The position numbers and the translations under genes are program-made. DNA of 63,174 nucleotides, counting the filler, from Squatina squatina (taxonomy: Eukaryota): NCBI GenBank assembly GCA_031763465.1. It is 4 parts of 3 records of this genome, joined end to end, with 100 filler letters (N's around TTAATTAATTAA, not from the genome) between each part and the next. Parts side by side here need not be neighbours in the genome. Positions count along the whole stretch, not along the records: positions 35,974 to 48,142 come from JARFOE010000001.1; positions 48,243 to 63,174 come from JARFOE010000057.1; 2 more parts are not named here. One strand, written 5' to 3'. The notes beneath the pieces were generated by a model that was given only the letters and a program-made list of their open reading frames with translations, was not told where the DNA came from and searched no databases. Below, in pieces: positions 37,741 through 50,269 of the stretch. Each line of letters begins with the position of its first letter. The first letter of the stretch is position 1.

Positions 37741-38587
37741 TATTATTACTATTATGTTAATTGACACCACGTAAATGTGAATTGTTGCAAGGTGACCCAT
37801 CTGCGTGAGTGTGTGTTCCATATTGGGATTAATTTGAAGACTGATATGGATGACTTCTAGTTGAGCTGTGGTGAGTGTTGCACCAATCCAGTCAGTTATT
37901 ACTCTGATTCACTCAGGGCAGCGCCAATTAAGCTTTCAACATGAATTTTGCTTTCTAAGCCTGCTTGAAAGTATTGAGCTTTGGTCCATGTTTGTTTTTG
38001 TAAGTTCGGGTTAAGACCCAGTTATTTTTATCATTAAATTGATTTTGTTATAATTAATATACAACTGATATTCCAAATATACATTGAAAAATCATCATGC
38101 AGCCCTTATATATACTGCATTACAAACTTCAATCATTTAGGGAAGGGTCAGAAACCGTGTATATTTGAGGGCCGGGAAAATAAATTTTGCATAAAATTGA
38201 AACCATTGAATAAGTTCACACCAAAACAATAGTGATGGCTCAAAAGCTGGCTGTACAACGGGATAAACCTCCCTGCTAATTCCTTCGTGTCGCATTATTT
38301 AGACCATTTGGAGGTAAATGATTTGGCAGGATTGCCTAATTTAGATAAATACACCTGACACTGGTTTAATTACAACGAGTACGATGATATGATATCAGAA
38401 CAATTAATTAATGTTTAATCCCTTGTCCAAGAGCAGAGCGTTATCACCTGCGTAAACAGCCGATCCCTGATGATGATTAGATTTGCANNNNNNNNNNNNN
38501 NNNNNNNNNNNNNNNNNNNNNNNNNNNNNNNNNNNNNNNNNNNNNNNNNNNNNNNNNNNNNNNNNNNNNNNNNNNNNNNNNNNNNNN

Positions 38588-38812
38588 TGAATGAAAGATA
38601 CCACCTGATTGGTTGGGCCCGCAATGTGACCTCTTCAGCCTTTACGCTGGATTTCCCTGGGAATCTACAGAGCCCAGCTCCGAATCTCCAACTCAGGGCG
38701 GCTGAATCTTGCAAGGTTGCGATGAGATTGAGGACTGTCAGGTAAGTACGTAAATATTTTTAGCATCAGAGGCCTCCGCACGCAGGAAGCCTCCGATCGC
38801 AATTTCAAGGCC
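38588..38812 (-). mobile_element. Second copy of GGCCTTGAAATT TIR-element end
   Basis: Ends GCAATTTCAAGGCC; colinear with the reverse complement of 35672-35873. Confidence 0.7.
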
Positions 38813-41800
38813 ATTGTTACAAGTCTATCCTGCTTCTTTAAAAAATATATCCATCCTTTAAGAAAGGAAGTGTGACCTTTTAGATCGCTATGTGCCATTA
38901 TTTAATCAGGCCCAAGGATCTTTCATCTACTGGTTTAAAAGCCTAGACAGAATAATGGATTGTGAGCACAGAATTTACTTCATGGCAAAAACAGGTTGAC
39001 CCTAAGCAATGTCATTTAATAGGTTTCTGAGTGTTTTATTTAGGACTTTCCTTCCAGAAGAGCAGGCAGAGTAATAACAGATGAAACATGACTAACAAAG
39101 ACACTGCTGGAAAAAATGAAGGGCAAACAATATGTTATTCATTCAGCGTGTAATATTTCAAAATTATTGCCAATTTGTCCTTAATTTGTTTCTCTGTTTC
39201 ATTAATATATGTATTCATTCAGCAATAATATAGTTACCCTAATGTACCTTGTTTTTATTACATCCTCTCCCCCTGCAGCCATTTGCCCAGTACTAAAAAC
39301 CTCTAGAGCATGAAAATCATGGCACAATCATCAAATAACCTAAGACTTATGGTTGCCAAATAACATAAGGCACAATCACCCTGTCTTTTCCAAGGACGTT
39401 TTGTTACTTTTCCTTTAAGAATTTTTTAAAAGATACTATACCAGTCAATCTCCCATGGTGCTGGCCATAGGGAATCAAGTCCAAGTGCAGTATTCAGGTT
39501 AGACAAGCTTAGAAGGTGGAGGGAGAGAAGGCAAATGGGAGAAGGGAGGACAGGAAGGGAATAGTGGCCATCAGCAATAGCTTGCAGAGGAGGAGAAGAA
39601 CATCATTGGGTAGTGTAGAGAGCATAGGCGAAACATAAAATGCAACAAGCATCATTTTAGGCAGTGGATCTATTTCTGTACATGTGGCCAATGTTTTCTT
39701 TCTGCTGAGTTTNNNNNNNNNNNNNNNNNNNNNNNNNNNNNNNNNNNNNNNNNNNNNNNNNNNNNNNNNNNNNNNNNNNNNNNNNNNNNNNNNNNNNNNN
39801 NNNNNNNNNNNNCAGCTGAAAGGTAATTTCAGGTAAATCCTGAAGGCTTCACCTTATGCCATTGGAAAGTGAACAGCTGCGATATGGTAGCTTTTGTACC
39901 ACTTCAGCAGCTGTCAACTAGTCAAAGGAATGGAGATTGACTGAACAGGACTCCACTTATCTGACGGGTTCCAGGAGCAATGGATAATCCCACAGTAGCT
40001 TGGCAAAATAGGACTTCTCTACTTTCAATAACCTGTAATAAGCCTCAAAGACCTGTTAAATGCCTCAACGATCTGTCCTGCCGCTTGCTGTCGGGTTTGG
40101 TAGAGAGTGCAGAACCTGACAGCTGGGAAACTGACAGTGGAGTGGGATCGGAGCGGTATTCGGACCCACTGTCAATCAGGGCCATTTTGCCAGTGGGCCC
40201 GCCCCCAAACCCACGCTCTGAGCACCGGCAAAATTCCGGCCATGGTGTGCCTGCATTCAGATTTAGCCTTGAAAATGTCCAAATGTTTCACCTTCCAAGC
40301 CAAGACTCGATGGGCCGAATGGCCGCCTTCTGTGCTGTACTATTCTATGAAATTAAAACCTGAATTTGCACCGCCAATTTCATATGCATTCGGTAATGTA
40401 AGGGAAAATACAGTGCATCGTTGTCTTTTATAGAAGAGCTATAAAGGTAGTAGTATATTTCTTGGTGCATGTTCGCATTATATCATCCTTTACAGCTCAC
40501 AGTTAATGCAGCATTTTCAGCTACTGATGAGTAATTTTAATGAATTTGAACAACTTTATGCCTGATAACCACTGGACAGTGCTGTAGCCAAATGATCAAA
40601 CTACCATTACTTGGAAACCTTTATGCATGTAATGAAATAAAACCTCCTTAAACCAGAATATAGTTGCAACTGAATCATATTCTAAACTTCATGAAGAGAA
40701 TTCAATTATAATTTTTAAAAAGTTAGATAATTAATGTTACTACATTTTTTCCATTTTCTTTTAAATTTTAATGCATGTAACTATAATAGCTTTCACATTA
40801 TTTCAGCATTCATCTTTAATGTTACAAGAGAAAAACCTTCATTCATGCCACATTGTTAAGCAAAACAAAAACTGTTTCTATTCAGATATTCAGCAACAAG
40901 TTCCAGTAATGCTTTCCCATTTTAGATTTATTTTAAAAAGCATGGATAAAATAACTCCTACAGCTCTCTTATAACCTGAGGCACCAGCATCTCTTCAGTG
41001 ATGCTTTCAAACAAAATCACACAACACTGGCACATGCAGTGGACATATTCAAATGTTCTTTTTTAATCCATTTTACAGTTTTAGTTAACTTTTATTTCCT
41101 TCCCTTCAGGAATCAGAACTTTGTTAAAAGTAATCTCTGGGATCGATAACCACTCTTGTTCTACTTTAAGGTGGCCTTCCGAATGATCAGGTTGGAACCT
41201 ATGACCACTCCCAGTGATGATTTGGGTTAAATTCCCAACAATTTAAGAAACAACCCCAGATACAGCCCCAGATTTGTTTCAGATTGTATCAGGGTGGGCA
41301 GTGGGGGGTGGGTGCATTGGAGAAGAAGAAGCACTCCTTCCCAAGCTCAGTTCCTCAGGAATTTTAGAGAGATGCAAATCTTGCGGATCCAGATTCTGCT
41401 TCAAATTACTTCCCCTCACCTGAATCATCCCCCAGTTATGCTCTGCCATCACAGCATGTTTTTTACCCAAGTATTTCATGCGACCAGTCTGACTTGAAGA
41501 GCTGAAAGAACAATCCGCAAACTAATTTACACAAGCCAGTCCCCAAAAGCCATTATTGATCAATGATCCATTCATTAATTCACATAAAAGATGGTGTGGA
41601 TGCTACGATCACTTTGATGTCCTTTTTATGCCTAAAACAATAGGTGAAATTTATGGCATGCCCCAAAATCTGCTTGCAGAGCAGTTGTACCAGAATGTGC
41701 AATAACTAACTAACTGGAAATATTAGTCAAAGGATAAATTATTCTCTTAGTTAACTTTGTAATGGCCTCGTACAATGAAGTGCAACTATTCATGGCTCCT

Positions 41801-42634
41801 TCTGTTCTATTGATTAGTCAGGCAATGAAAATGCACCATAAGTGCTTTGAACTGCCACTTAGAATCACTATTTAACATTCTGTTCCATTTAACAATCAAT
41901 CAATATTTAATGCTTTGAATAGCTATTGTAAAACACTTACGTATACCTAAAACTCACAGAAGTAATAAATAAAATTCTTAAAGTAGCAAAAACACAAGGC
42001 CCGATTTTAACCACAGGCGGGTTTTGGAGACTCACCCATGTTACGTCTGCTGCACACTCGGTTGGTGTGGTAATATGATGGCAGCTTTTATTTCAGACTC
42101 TCTGCAACAGTCCCTGTGGATATAACATGTGCAGAAGAGGAGATTCTGGGTTGTCGCCGGAGGCATTGACATGCAGGAGTCCTGGTGCTAAGTCTGATGC
42201 CATCTGGGTGCTAAAAGCCAAACTCAGCCCCATCTCCACTGGCCATCAACAGGTCCAGGCAGAGCGCAGTCGAGCAAACCATCTGTCCCGACTGCTTGCC
42301 TCTTATCCAAGGCTAACTCTGCACCCGGGTGTCCCTGGTGAAAGAGCACATGGTGTCTGCCAGTATGTTTGAGACCTTCCGTGATTGGTAGGCAACGAAA
42401 CGACTGGAATGCATAATCAACCTGGCTAATAACATCATAATTTAGAATTTAATAGGAATAGATAGTTGATGGCAAACTTTCCCAGGACAAGGAGCAGACC
42501 CATAAGGAGTTCCTACGACCTGCCCGTCCCTTCCGCACTAGGTGACCGATGATCAGGAGAATGGAACTGAAGAGCAGCCAGAAATAGATGAGCAGCCCAT
42601 TCAAATAGTACAACCTCTCAGATGCTACATATAT

Positions 42635-42932
42635 AGGGTATGATAGCATAGTGGTTATGTTGTTGAACTAGTAATCCAGAGGCCTGGACTAATAATCCGG
42701 AGCCATGACTTCAAATCACACCACGGCTTGGGAATTTTAATTCAGTTAATTAAATATATCTCAAATAAAAAGCTGGAGTCAGTAACGGTGGTCCTGAAAC
42801 TGAATTGTCGTAAAAACCCATCTGGTTCACTCCTGTCCTTTAGGGAAGGAAATCTGCTGTCCTTGCCTGGTCTGGTCTATATGTGACTCCAGACCCACAG
42901 CAATGTGGTTGACTCTTAACTGCCCTCTGAAA
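42635..42932 (+). mobile_element. tRNA-headed SINE-like repeat (third family)
   Basis: A-box-like TAGCATAGTGG, B-box-like GACTTCAAATC, body CCTTTAGGGAAGGAAATCTGC..GTGACTCCAGACCCACAGCAATGTGGTTGACTC; probable 3' tails of the family at ~28985 and ~49005 on minus strand. Confidence 0.55.
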
Positions 42933-43032
42933 NNNNNNNNNNNNNNNNNNNNNNNNNNNNNNNNNNNNNNNNNNNNNNNNNNNNNNNNNNNNNNNNNNNN
43001 NNNNNNNNNNNNNNNNNNNNNNNNNNNNNNNN

Positions 43033-43033
43033 G

Positions 43034-43068
<35 letters not shown>

Positions 43069-43780
43069 GGGGGGCGCGCTGCCGGCTCCTGTGAAGTTGC
43101 ACAGGAGTTAGCGAAGGCTCCGCCATGGTAGCGCTGCACCTCACTGGTAGTGCTTCGGGCTGCCGTGCAACTGGCAATGACCTCATCGTCATGAGCGGTG
43201 ACCCTTTAGTGCAGCGTGCTGACCCCTTTCCGCCACACCCCTCGGCGGAAGTTGCCCCATGCCCTGCGAGGCTGTGTCAGCACCAGCCTCGTGGGTCCGA
43301 ACTGGGCCGGCATCCGCTTGCGGGGCAGAAGTAAAAGGGGAGGTTGGGAGTGCTCCGCGCCGCCATCTTACACCTTTGGCCGACTCACCGGGCAGCCCGA
43401 CTTCTTGCTCTGTTGAGTGGTCCAGGACGCCATTGTGCAGCCCTGAGCTCCGTTTTGGGTGCTGGGCTGCTGCCTCGGCACCACACCGCCCTGGTGGTCC
43501 AGTGGAAGCCAACAGAGGCCTGGTAGAGTGTGCAGCGGCCCTCCCCTTTAACAGAAGGGGAGGAGCATTGAAACGTGTCAGCACTGCGCAAAGTGCTTCT
43601 GATCACGCCCAGTATTGCCCTGGAATCCACCCCAGGAGGAAGTGGAGCGCGCGAGACGGCGCTCGACTTCCTCTGAGGGGCGGTAACCACAATTTCGCGA
43701 CCGGGGCGGGACTTCCGTGCCTGGCGCAGAAAGTCCCGCCCTGAGACGGTTACAGCCCCTAATTGGAGAATTTCGCCCCC
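43033..43780. mobile_element. GC/CpG-rich end of a young TIR element with nested subterminal hairpin
   Basis: Abrupt GC drop after GAATTTCGCCCCC (~43780); stems GGGCGGGACTT/AAGTCCCGCCC (43704-43741) and GGGGCGGTAACC/GGTTACAGCCCC (43677-43759). Confidence 0.55.
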
Positions 43781-46282
43781 TTAGTTTCTACTCGTATATT
43801 TTCAATTGGAAAAACAACTGGAATACACGTGGCTCGAAGAAAGAAAATCAGAGAAACACACAACAGTTCAGTCAGCATCCATAAGCTGAAAAGATGGGTT
43901 AAGGTGTCAGGCTGACATCCAGGAAAGGGCTAGAAATTAAGCTGGGACCCAGATCTGCCAGATCCCAATCTTCCCCACTTGTTTCTGCATCACCTTGTAC
44001 AGGACAGAATCTTCACCCATCCCCAAGCAAGTATAGTGGCACAAAATAGGTCGTGGCCAAGGGAAGGATCTCTTAGGCCAAATATTTCATCATCCCTAGT
44101 CTGCCGGAACATCGGCAGCCTGGTACACCAAGTAACAGAACACATACTAGCTTCTGCATCTGCTTATAAAGGAAGCTGTTGGGCATTCTCTGGGAGGGGC
44201 TTAGGTATCCCAAGTGGGGCACTGGCTGCTGCATTTTGTGGCCTCTCCCCTTGGCTGGTGCTCGAGATGCCCACTTGGCATATTTAAATTACATGATCGC
44301 TCACTGACTCTGCATACTTCATGAGGTTCAGTACCAGAGGTCATTGGTGGAAGGATGCCAAAACTTACACTGGGATAGATTTCATCCCTTTATTGTTTAA
44401 AAATATTACATTATGCACACATTTGAAGGAGACCATGATGCAAAAAAGGAATACTATGGAGAGCTTCCATTTGAGAGTTTTCTAAATACTGCCTTTAAAT
44501 TACTTAAATGTGGTCTGTAGAAATCAGTATCAGAGTATTAAGATATTATACTCCTGTGTTCAATTTTATGAAAGCTATGCACGCATGACTGATCATGTAC
44601 TTAAAGGGTTAATAGTCCACTCAGTTGCTAGGGAAACACGCAACAACTATAAATACTAAACAGTGGTATTTTTGTTTTAAAACACAGCAAAGAGCAGATG
44701 CAAAATCTTGATCCAGATTACAGTAATGTGACAGAGGATTGCAGCTTTTGTTTCCAATCTAACATCTCCATAAATGGCATATCACTACTACCATAGCAAC
44801 CAGAGGAACAAATTTCACACTTCTTCATCAGCAACCTGGATATTGTAATTTAATTGCAAGTAGTCAGGTTTTGCTTATTAAAAATATCAGAGTGTATAAA
44901 ACTCTGCAACAGTATCATACATCAAGTACTAGAATAGAAACTGACTGCAGAAATGGATTTTGAAGATGTTTGTGTTCCTGAATAGGATACAACCTAGTCA
45001 GGGTGAAGAATTTTATACACCATTCACAGTTCCAGCTCCTATCCCCATGCAGCTCTTATATATGCACACAAATCATTAAAACAAATGCTTGTCATTACAC
45101 CTCAGTGACTAGATTACATATACGATGAGCTGCTTTGTAATTAATACTCAAATATTTCAGAGTTTGTGAAGTTAGTGCTTTATTGTAATGCATGCTCTGA
45201 TATCCAAACAAGCCAGTACAAGGTTTGATTTTGACATTAAAAATTGCAAAGACTTTATTTTGAATTCATGTAGAACCAAGAAGAATTTCACATCTCTTTG
45301 AACCTTGACTATGACAAACATATTTGCATACCAGAAGATGCAAAAGTTGTGACAAGGTCGTGTACACTTGTATTTGTGAAACCAATGCTATCTTATCACC
45401 CTTATGACCTGGATTCAAGTTGACCATCTTCATCCAAAATATAGAACAAAAAAATCAAGACAAATAGATTCCACCTTACATTTTCACTTTCCCTTTCTGT
45501 AAAATCACCAGAAAATATCTGTTGATTTATGTTGGTGGTAGATTAGCAAATCACAACACAAGGATCATTGCCTGACTGCCTTATAGCATGACTGTTACAT
45601 CATCACATTATCTAACCATAATTTGGAAATTGTGTCACATGATTATATTGAAGTAGCAATTGTCAGGCTTGTTCCTGTCTTAGAATTTAAAAAACCCTCA
45701 AATGCAATAAAACTAAATATAAATATACAAACATAATGGATAATTATGCTCTATAAGTTTAATTTTAACACCCCTGCAAAAATCTTAGTATTTTCATTCA
45801 CATTTTTTCTTTTTAAAAAAAAGTTTCAAACGCTAAAAATCATTTTATTGGTTGGAAAGCTTCACTACAAGTCTTAGCTGATAATCAGTTGAACTATCTG
45901 TTAAGTAAAATTAAATATCATCTAACATGCTGTGGCAACTAACAATTTATATTAATTTTCCCTTCTTTAAAAAAATTCTGAAGCTAGAATCATGCAACAA
46001 TTAACAGCAATTATTTCTTCCCTGTTATCCAGCACTGAAGATGAGATGTGTAAAGAGGCTTTAAAATATTATATCATGAACAATAATCATTTTAGCACAA
46101 ACTGGTAGTGTAAGCAAATTGTTTCAGATGTATCTTATCAGTTTTTTTGAAATTGCTGTATAACATTACGTTTGCCTGGAATGACAGTCACAGTTCTTAG
46201 CTGNNNNNNNNNNNNNNNNNNNNNNNNNNNNNNNNNNNNNNNNNNNNNNNNNNNNNNNNNNNNNNNNNNNNNNNNNNNNNNN

Positions 46283-46472
46283 AGGATCAGTGCTAGGGCC
46301 TCAGCTATTTATAATCTATATTAATGACTTAGATGGAGGGACCGAGTACAATGTATCCAAGTTTGCTGACGATACAAAGCTAGGTGGAAAAGTAAGATGT
46401 GAGGAGGATGCAAAGAGCCTAAAAAGGGATATAGACAAGTTAAGTGAGCAGGCAATAAGGTAGCAGATGGAA
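46283..46472 (+). mobile_element. CR1 LINE RT core fragment
   Basis: [37 protein letters not shown]. Confidence 0.9.
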
Positions 46473-46697
46473 GTGTCATAGTACAAGAAACACAGAATGC
46501 CTCGTAACCCTGGGCATCATCTGTTACATTCAGAGTCTTCCTTTAAACACAACTAACAAACACTAAGCATACAGCATTCAGTAGTAAAAAAAAGAAAAAG
46601 ACTATTGCAAAAGCCAAAAGCATAAACATTTTTCACACAATTCTACTAAAATAGCATTTCACAACAAAGACTGATTAAAAATAAAACACAGCATTAC

Positions 46698-46785
46698 CTG
46701 TGCTTAGTGAGCCGGTAATAAACCTGAACAGGTACTGGGCAAATTTCAGAATTTCACGCTTACACCTTTTCCTACAGCCACTCAT
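46698..46785 (-). CDS. KCNIP4: Kv channel-interacting protein 4, alternative first coding exon
   Basis: ATG at 46785, 88 bp, phase-1 donor AG/GTAATG: MSGCRKRCKREILKFAQYLFRFITGSLST(D); near-identical to the recalled human KCNIP4 isoform N-terminus MSGCRKRCKREILKFAQYLLRLLTGSLHT and more distant from the KCNIP1 counterpart. Confidence 0.85.
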
Positions 46786-47140
46786 GCTAGGCTGGATTAA
46801 ATTCTTCTCACACGAAAAAAGGAGAAGACTAGGCCACAGAGGAGTGGTGTCTGTAACAGAAAACTTGTTTCACAGTTCAGACTGCAGGCTGCTGTCCCAC
46901 TTGCCTTGGCTCGTGGAAATAAAATCCTTTTGATTTACCTCAAATGTCTGTCAAATAAATTGCTCTGTCCAATCAGTTCCTTTTTTTTGTTAGGTCAGCT
47001 ATGGCAGTAGGCATTGGCCAGTTGAGGCTGAAGGTCTAGANNNNNNNNNNNNNNNNNNNNNNNNNNNNNNNNNNNNNNNNNNNNNNNNNNNNNNNNNNNN
47101 NNNNNNNNNNNNNNNNNNNNNNNNNNNNNNNNNNNNNNNN

Positions 47141-48009
47141 AAACCATAAACGCAAGACTTTCTTGAATTGGAAACACCATCAAAACTCGAGGGAAAGAAA
47201 ACAGATCCACAGAGAACTGAAGGCTGAGGCCCAACAAAAAACCCGTGACCTGAGGGATAGATGGTGGGTGGAAAGAGAGCAGGAAATGCAGCAACGAGCC
47301 GACAGCCACGGTGTGTGTGGATTCTTCAGCGCAGTCAGGACCATCTACGGCCCAAGCACCCAAGGACCTACCTGCTGAGAGCTAAAAATGGAGAGGTGCT
47401 CATCATGAACAGAGAGGCAGCCACTGGACGGAGCACTTTGAGGACCTCCTCAACCAAGTCTCGGTCTTCGACATGAGTGCCCTTGACTCCATCCCTCAGC
47501 ATGCTACCCGCCACTATCTCAGCACAACTGCAGCTCAACATGAGGTTGAAAAGGCCTCAACAAGAGAAACAACAAGACCTCCGGCGCAGACGAAATCCCC
47601 GCTGAAATACTAAAACACGGTGAGGAAGTACCCTTGGCACAAATGCATAACCTCATCTCCCTTATCTGGAAGGAAGAGAGCATGCCAGGGGATCTCAGAG
47701 ATGTCATAATTGTGACCATTTTCAAGAAAAGAGACAGGCCCAATTGCCAAAACTACAGAGGGATCTCCCTGCTGTCCACCACAAGGAGAGTCATCGCAAG
47801 AATCCTCCTCAACCATCTCGTCCCAGGGGCTGAAGAGCTCCTCGCAGAATCACAATGCGGGTTCCGCCCATCAAGAGGGACAGTGGACATGATCTTCAGC
47901 ACGTGACAAGTCCAGGAAAAGTGCAGAGAGCAGCATCAACCTCTGTACATGGCCTTCTTTAACCTCACAAAGGCCTTCGACTCTGTGAACCGGGAGCGAT
48001 TATGGAGTA
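47141..48009 (+). mobile_element. RTE-clade LINE ORF fragment
   Basis: SGADEIPAEILKHG, IVTIFKK.DRPNCQNYRGISLLS, ESQCGFRPSRGTVDMIF, QEKCREQHQPLYMAFFNLTKAFDSVNR; stops and frameshifts. Confidence 0.9.
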
Positions 48010-48142
48010 AACTCAGAAAATGCTGGAAGATCTCAACAGGTTAGGTAGGTAGCATCCGTGGAGAGAGAAACAGAGTTAACGTTTCAGGTCGATGACCCAT
48101 CGTCAGAACTAGGAAAAGTTAGAAATGTAACAGGTTTTTAAG
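48010..48142 (-). mobile_element. Penelope-like terminal repeat fragment inserted into or abutting the RTE
   Basis: Colinear with 17540-17670. Confidence 0.7.
48074..48110 (-). ncRNA. Minimal type I hammerhead ribozyme motif (second copy)
   Basis: AGUU-CUGACGA-U-GGGUC-AUC-GACCU-GAAA-CGUU-AACU; 5-bp helix II, core intact. Confidence 0.7.
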
Positions 48143-48186
48143 NNNNNNNNNNNNNNNNNNNNNNNNNNNNNNNNNNNNNNNNNNNN

Positions 48187-48198
48187 TTAATTAATTAA
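48187..48198. other. Artificial scaffold linker TTAATTAATTAA
   Basis: 44N-12bp-44N construct. Confidence 0.95.
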
Positions 48199-48504
48199 NN
48201 NNNNNNNNNNNNNNNNNNNNNNNNNNNNNNNNNNNNNNNNNNCAGTAGATGAATCAGCATCTGTGGAGAGAACAGTTTATGTTTGGGCTCATATTCTTAG
48301 CAACGAAGATGCATAGTAATATGACGTGTGTGTGTACTCCAAGGGAAGTTGACTGATAATTGAACTTGCCTGAATGGTCAACTGATTCTCACACAGGCTC
48401 TAAAATGATTTATGAAGTCCTGGAGACAAGTGTTCATACTTGTGGGAGACTAGTTTATTGGAAATATTTTAAAATGCAAATTAACTTTGTTGTTGGACTT
48501 ATAG

Positions 48505-48599
48505 ATCAGCCAAAGGAGAACAACCTAAGAATGTCATTCTCTCCATGGAGCAAGTTATTGAATATGTACAGCAAGATGAAAAAGTCTCCTATTCCGAAA
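48505..48599 (+). CDS. GGNBP1: GGNBP1-like internal exon
   Basis: TAG acceptor, GTAGGT donor, 95 bp: DQPKENNLRMSFSPWSKLLNMYSKMKKSPIPK; PWxxLLxxYxxxxKS pattern matches my recollection of mammalian GGNBP1. Confidence 0.6.
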
Positions 48600-49620
48600 G
48601 TAGGTTTGTTTTTCTTTCAGTGATACATTTCAGGCTTTTGTAGCAGTCCTGGTTTCACGTGGCACAGTTACTGCGAAAAGTTCAAGAGTAATTTCTTGGT
48701 CACAGGCAATAAACAACATACATTTAGACAACAATGCTCAGGTAAAGACATTAAGTTACAGATGAAGATAAAAATATCATTGCCTGTAAAAAAGCAACCA
48801 ATCAAATTATATTTTAAATGAAGTTATTTGTACAGAATTTCAATCATGTTGTTCCCTCGGTTAAGGAAGTTAAATCTATTCTCTAGCAAAAATATTTCAA
48901 GATGGATATGATTCAATTTAAAATAATGTAGCAACAGGTAAGTTTGTGCAAAGCTGGGACAAGAAAACCAGAGTACATGATTATGAACTTTTTTACGTTT
49001 TTTATTTCCGGGATGTGGCCGACACTGGCAAGGCTGCATTGGTTGTCTGTCATTAATTGCCCTGAAATGGTGTGCCTTATTCTTAAAACACTGCAATCCT
49101 TATGGTGTTCGCACAATGGTGTTAAGTTGGGAATTCTGAGATCTTTGACCCAGCAATAATGAAGGAGCGGTGGTNNNNNNNNNNNNNNNNNNNNNNNNNN
49201 NNNNNNNNNNNNNNNNNNNNNNNNNNNNNNNNNNNNNNNNNNNNNNNNNNNNNNNNNNNNNNNNNNNNNNNNNNTTTAGAAAATGTAATCTCAGTGGGCC
49301 ATTTTTAATGATAGGATCTGGTACTGTATTATCATTTCTGTTTTGTTAAAATTTCCTGTTATTAAATGACTTAGAACAATTATATGATTATCTTTATTTC
49401 ACTGGGCAGTTTTCCAAATTACACTAGTAAAAGACGGCCTGTGGTGTCATTGACAGGGCAGGAACTGCAGATAATTACCATTTACTGCTACCAGCTCTTG
49501 CTATTTGGTTCAGTATCATTAAAAGTATAAAAGACAGAGAAAGAAGTGGAAAAAGGCTTCCCAGATAATGAAATTGTTTGTCATATACTGTCGTGAATTG
49601 TCTGGTATATATACGACTCC

Positions 49621-49804
49621 AGACTTGCATTTATATAGCATGCCTAACATAGTAAAATGTCCCAAGGTGCTTCACAGGAGTGTAATCAGACAAAAATTGA
49701 CACTGAACCAAGGAAGGAGATACTGGGAGAGGTGACTAAACTCTTGGTCAAAGAGGTAGGTTTTAAAGAGCATCTTAAAGGAGAAGAGAGAGGTGGAGAG
49801 GCGG
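49621..49804 (-). mobile_element. L2-clade LINE 3' end
   Basis: Minus strand CCTTTAAGATGCTCTTTAAAACCTACCTCTTTGACCAAG (FKMLFKTYLFDQ) then tail ending GCTATATAAATGCAAGTCT. Confidence 0.7.
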
Positions 49805-50269
49805 NNNNNNNNNNNNNNNNNNNNNNNNNNNNNNNNNNNNNNNNNNNNNNNNNNNNNNNNNNNNNNNNNNNNNNNNNNNNNNNNNNNNNNNNNNNNNNNN
49901 NNNNGAAACTAGAAAACTGAAATGAGATAAATCTTCGGCACAAACCAAATGTGACGAGTCAATCTATAAGTTTCAACATCATGGAAAATCAAGCAGCCGG
50001 CTTTGTTAATAAACATTTAACAATTGATTTATTATCTTGCTTTCGAAATGCGTTGACTTTTCCCAGGTTTACTTTTTGAGCAATGGATTTATTAACATAA
50101 ATCTACTTGCTTGTATATAAAATGCAGTTTGGTTGCTTTCATTGACTTCATGACATCATTGAACAAGTCAAAATAAAAGAAAAATCACAGCATATAAAGT
50201 GATTACTTTTGTAAAATTCATTTCAATGTGCCAGTCCCTGCAGATAAAATGTTAACTATGTTTGAACAG

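Noticed and set aside
35672-38812. Apparent 3.1 kb element bounded by ~200-bp inverted repeats
   Set aside because: The two ends lie on different scaffolds separated by the artificial linker at 35918, so they are best read as independent copies of one family.
43033-43067. Poly-G run giving poly-Pro/Gly ORFs or a G-quadruplex
   Set aside because: It abuts a gap, so its length is unreliable and may be a sequencing artefact.
43068-43780. CpG island or coding exon (several overlapping GC-rich ORFs)
   Set aside because: No recognisable protein or splice structure; the sharp TIR-like end fits a young transposon end better.
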